In this document: in pieces, positions 28,964 to 32,000 of the stretch | How positions within the stretch are numbered: the first letter of the stretch is position 1 | How the letters are laid out: each line of letters opens with the position of its first letter | NCBI RefSeq assembly: GCF_000341395.1 | Contig: NC_020304.1 | Coordinates: forward strand, 1,800,001 to 1,832,000 | Reading direction: 5' to 3' | DNA: 32,000 bases | From: Desulfocapsa sulfexigens DSM 10523 | Lineage (GTDB): Bacteria > Desulfobacterota > Desulfobulbia > Desulfobulbales > Desulfocapsaceae | Notes under the pieces: generated by a model | Told to the model about the DNA's origin: nothing | Database searches by the model: none | The model's input: the letters and a program-made list of their open reading frames with translations, nothing else | Made by a program: the position numbers and the translations under genes

Positions 28964-29644
28964 ATGCTTGATATTCAATTTGCGCCATCCATCTTATCTG
29001 CAGATTTTACCCGTCTAGGGGAGGAAATAGCAGCTGTTGACCAGGCAGGTGCCGAAATTATTCATATTGATGTTATGGATGGTCATTTTGTGCCTAACAT
29101 AACTATTGGTCCACTTGTGGTGAAAGCGGCAAGGAAGGCAACAGGTAAAATCCTTGATGTGCATTTGATGATTCGTGATGCAGATGCCTATATTGATGAC
29201 TTTGCTGCGGCAGGAGCTGATTGGATTACAGTTCATGTGGAAGCCTGTACCCATCTCCATCGAACTGTCGCTCGAATCAGGGAGCTTGGGAAAAAAGCGG
29301 GAGCCGTGCTCAACCCTGCAACCACATTGTCAACACTCGATTATATCCTTGAGGACTTGGATCTGGTGATGCTTATGAGTGTGAATCCAGGATTTGGCGG
29401 GCAGTCTTTTATTGAATCAACCCTTCGCAAAACAGATACCTTGAAAAAACGTATTGATGTTTTGGGCCTTGATGTCGGTATCGAGATAGATGGTGGCATA
29501 AGTCCTCGCACTATAGAGCGGGTGGCCGAGTCAGGAGCTAATATTTTTGTTGCCGGTTCTGCAATTTATGGCTGTGATGATTATGCGTCGGTTATCGATG
29601 AGATGCGTAAACTTGCAGAAGCTGGAAGAGCAAAGCGCGGCTGA
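28964..29644 (+). CDS. rpe: Ribulose-phosphate 3-epimerase
   Basis: 226 aa; APSILSADFTRLGEEI, IHIDVMDGHFVPNITIGP, MSVNPGFGGQSFI, EIDGGISPRTI. Confidence 0.98.
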   Translation: MLDIQFAPSILSADFTRLGEEIAAVDQAGAEIIHIDVMDGHFVPNITIGPLVVKAARKATGKILDVHLMIRDADAYIDDFAAAGADWITVHVEACTHLHRTVARIRELGKKAGAVLNPATTLSTLDYILEDLDLVMLMSVNPGFGGQSFIESTLRKTDTLKKRIDVLGLDVGIEIDGGISPRTIERVAESGANIFVAGSAIYGCDDYASVIDEMRKLAEAGRAKRG

Positions 29645-29656
29645 GAGGGGACACAT

Positions 29657-31252
29657 ATGGCGAAAAGGCGAAAATCCATATATGAATGCCAGGCATTTTT
29701 GAATCTGAAAGAACTTGCTGAAAACCCATTTGACATGACGGTGGAGGGCGCCTTAGATTCCGAACGCCTGGAGACTTTTGTGTGTAAGGGGATTGAGTTT
29801 GATCTTCTTTATGGCTGCCAGAGGGTAACCACGGATGTTCTGGATTGCCTGCAGTCTCTTGCCGATGAATGTGGACTTGTCGGACAGTATGAGGAGATGC
29901 GGGCAGGGGCTGTTATGAACCGGATCGAACGATATCCATCGGAAGAGCGTCAGGTCCTTCACACCGCCTGCCGCGATGTTTTCTCCAAAACTGCTGCCAA
30001 TGATGCCGCGGTTATTCAGGTAAAAAGAGAACTTGCAAAGTTACAGGAATTTCTGGCAGAAATTGATAACGGCAAAATCAGAAATACTGCAGGAGAAACA
30101 TTTACCAGTTTGATTCATGTGGGGATTGGTGGTTCTGATTTGGGCCCGCGATCAATCTATGAGGCCTTGAAGGCATATGGCCGAAAGGATCGAAAGGTGT
30201 ATTTTGTCTCCAATGTTGACCCTGATGATTCCGCTGCAGTTCTTGACCGTGTTGATCTCTCAAAAACACTTGTTCTGGTGGTTTCAAAAAGTGGTTCGAC
30301 TCTTGAAACCTTGTCGAATGAGAGTCTGGTGCGTAACGCCCTGAAAGAAGCAGGACTCGATCCGGCACGTCATTGCTTGGCGGTCACCGGAGAGTCAAGT
30401 CCCATGGATAATCACGAGCGCTATCTTCGGTCTTTTTATATGTTTGATTATATAGGTGGACGATTCAGTTCCACCTCAATGGTTGGCGCGGTAACGCTCG
30501 GTTTTGCACTCGGCTATAATCAGGTCTTGGAGTTTCTTAAGGGGGCCTGGTTGATGGATGAGGCAGCAGCAGAGAGAAATATCCGCGGCAATATACCCCT
30601 GTTACTGGCCATGCTCGGGGTCTGGAATCACAACTTTCTTGCCATGGATACTGTGGCGATCCTACCATACAGCCAGGGCCTGCATCGTTTTCCTGCACAT
30701 CTGCAACAGTGCGACATGGAGTCCAATGGGAAATCTGTTCAGCGTAACGGAGAGCCCGTGCGATACAAAAGCGGTCCCATTGTATGGGGAGAGCCAGGAA
30801 CCAATGGCCAGCACGCCTTTTATCAGTTGCTTCATCAGGGGACCGAGAAGGTTGCCGTTGAGTTCATCGGCTTCAGGAAAAGTCAACGAAACAGAGATAT
30901 GTGTATCCAGGGAAGTAATTCGCAGCAGAAACTCCTGGCCAATCTTCTGGCCCAGTCTCTTGCTCTGGCAGTCGGAAGGGAAGATGAAAATCCCAATAAA
31001 AACTTTGCGGGAAATCGTTCAAACGTGATACTCATGGGGGAGAGGCTGACTCCAAAAAGTATGGGAGCACTCCTTGCCCTCTATGAGGCGAAGATTGTTT
31101 TTCAAGGGTTCTGCTGGAACGTGAACTCCTTTGACCAGGAGGGGGTTCAACTCGGTAAGGTCCTTGCCGATGAAATACTTGGAGCCATGGCTGAAAAAAG
31201 AAATGGAAAAACCCTTGCAGAGGCCCTTCTGGCAGTGGCAGGAATAAGCTGA
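29657..31252 (+). CDS. pgi: Glucose-6-phosphate isomerase
   Basis: 531 aa; HVGIGGSDLGPRSIYEAL, VVSKSGSTLET, GEPGTNGQHAFYQLLHQG. Confidence 0.97.
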   Translation: MAKRRKSIYECQAFLNLKELAENPFDMTVEGALDSERLETFVCKGIEFDLLYGCQRVTTDVLDCLQSLADECGLVGQYEEMRAGAVMNRIERYPSEERQVLHTACRDVFSKTAANDAAVIQVKRELAKLQEFLAEIDNGKIRNTAGETFTSLIHVGIGGSDLGPRSIYEALKAYGRKDRKVYFVSNVDPDDSAAVLDRVDLSKTLVLVVSKSGSTLETLSNESLVRNALKEAGLDPARHCLAVTGESSPMDNHERYLRSFYMFDYIGGRFSSTSMVGAVTLGFALGYNQVLEFLKGAWLMDEAAAERNIRGNIPLLLAMLGVWNHNFLAMDTVAILPYSQGLHRFPAHLQQCDMESNGKSVQRNGEPVRYKSGPIVWGEPGTNGQHAFYQLLHQGTEKVAVEFIGFRKSQRNRDMCIQGSNSQQKLLANLLAQSLALAVGREDENPNKNFAGNRSNVILMGERLTPKSMGALLALYEAKIVFQGFCWNVNSFDQEGVQLGKVLADEILGAMAEKRNGKTLAEALLAVAGIS

Positions 31253-31316
31253 CAGGGTGCTATTAGTAAAAACTGAATATTCATTCAGTTTTCCATCGCG
31301 GCAGTTCCGTTTTTTG

Positions 31317-31345
31317 TTGACAAAGGAGACGTTCAGAGATATTCT
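31317..31345 (+). promoter_or_regulatory. Strong sigma70-like promoter upstream of dsrA
   Basis: TTGACA (31317-31322), exactly 17 nt, TATTCT (31340-31345). Confidence 0.6.
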
Positions 31346-31534
31346 CCCACGCTGAATGACTATTCAATAGTGTATGTTTCATAGTCTGCTGTTTCTATCA
31401 TTAGCGTTGGAAAAAAAAAAGGTAGCAGAGGGAAGTGGTTTTGTTCTCAGGCTGTCAGTTTTTGAAGCAACGCTTTTGATGTGTATATTCTGGTAAAGGT
31501 TGAAGTATAACAGTAATTTTAAGGAGGAAAATTC

Positions 31535-32000
31535 ATGGCAAAGCATGATACACCCCTGTTGGACGAGCTTGAAAAAGGCCCGTGGCCGAGCTTCGTTACC
31601 GACATTAAGCGCCAGGCAGAGAAGAACCCAGATTGTTGGGATATTCTCGGTCAGGTTGAACTGTCTTATAAGGATAAAATCACCCATTGGAAACACGGCG
31701 GAATCGTTGGTGTATTCGGATATGGTGGTGGTATCGTTGGTCGTTATTCTGACGTTCCTGCACAGTTTCCAGGTGTTGAGCACTTTCATACCGTTCGTGT
31801 GAATCAGCCAGCATCCAAGTACTACTCCACTGAGAACCTTCGTGCTCTTATGGCGCTCTGGGACAAGCATGGATCCGGTATGACCAATATGCACGGTTCC
31901 ACTGGTGATATCATCCTTCTTGGTTGTCGTACTGAAGCTCTTGAACCCTTCTTCTATGACCTGACCCACGAAATGGGACAGGATCTTGGTGGATCCGGAT
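31535..32000 (+). CDS. dsrA: Dissimilatory sulfite reductase alpha subunit, 3' truncated by window end
   Basis: Open frame from ATG 31535 after AAGGAGG: [26 protein letters not shown]...[23 protein letters not shown]...[14 protein letters not shown]. Not in the ORF track because no stop is reached. Confidence 0.95.
   Translation, partial: MAKHDTPLLDELEKGPWPSFVTDIKRQAEKNPDCWDILGQVELSYKDKITHWKHGGIVGVFGYGGGIVGRYSDVPAQFPGVEHFHTVRVNQPASKYYSTENLRALMALWDKHGSGMTNMHGSTGDIILLGCRTEALEPFFYDLTHEMGQDLGGSG

Noticed and set aside
31379-31969. Minus-strand 196-aa ORF and plus-strand ORF 31500..31802
   Set aside because: Both are out-of-frame overlaps of the unlisted truncated dsrA frame starting at 31535.
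1-32000. CRISPR array, prophage, transposon, toxin-antitoxin or defence island
   Set aside because: No regularly spaced repeats, integrase, transposase or cas-like proteins seen; all sizeable genes are explained except one hypothetical.

Overview
This 32 kb window looks like a contiguous chromosomal housekeeping region of a Desulfobulbales-like sulfate reducer. That assignment is inferred from protein content and the dsrA start at the right edge, not from a database search. Gene order: divergent dnaA; monomeric-type isocitrate dehydrogenase; (-) protoporphyrinogen oxidase; htpG; lipoprotein; pcm; DedA/YqaA-like membrane protein; (-) mtaD-type amidohydrolase; ychF; holB; ricT/PSP1; metG; yggT; divIVA-like; yggU/DUF167; TIM-like protein; (-) ubiB/AarF; (-) HDOD; (-) htpX; (-) unknown helical protein; dnaG; rpoD; dprA; rpe; pgi; dsrA (truncated). 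I found no CRISPR array, phage, transposase, toxin-antitoxin or defence island, and no convincing new multi-gene system. The observations most worth follow-up are: (1) a TIM-like protein lacking the catalytic glutamate and lid motif, encoded beside a DivIVA-like gene; (2) a DnaA with altered box-recognition and Walker residues, next to an upstream region with no perfect canonical DnaA boxes; (3) a predicted multi-helix element ending in a terminator-like hairpin upstream of dnaA; (4) a 21-bp inverted dispersed repeat (20/21) at 24..44 and 4642..4662; (5) a hairpin in the htpG leader next to the Shine-Dalgarno; (6) mirrored arms around the divergent dnaG promoter region; (7) a strong promoter, dyads and a long leader at dsrA. 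All base pairing and repeat calls were made by eye.
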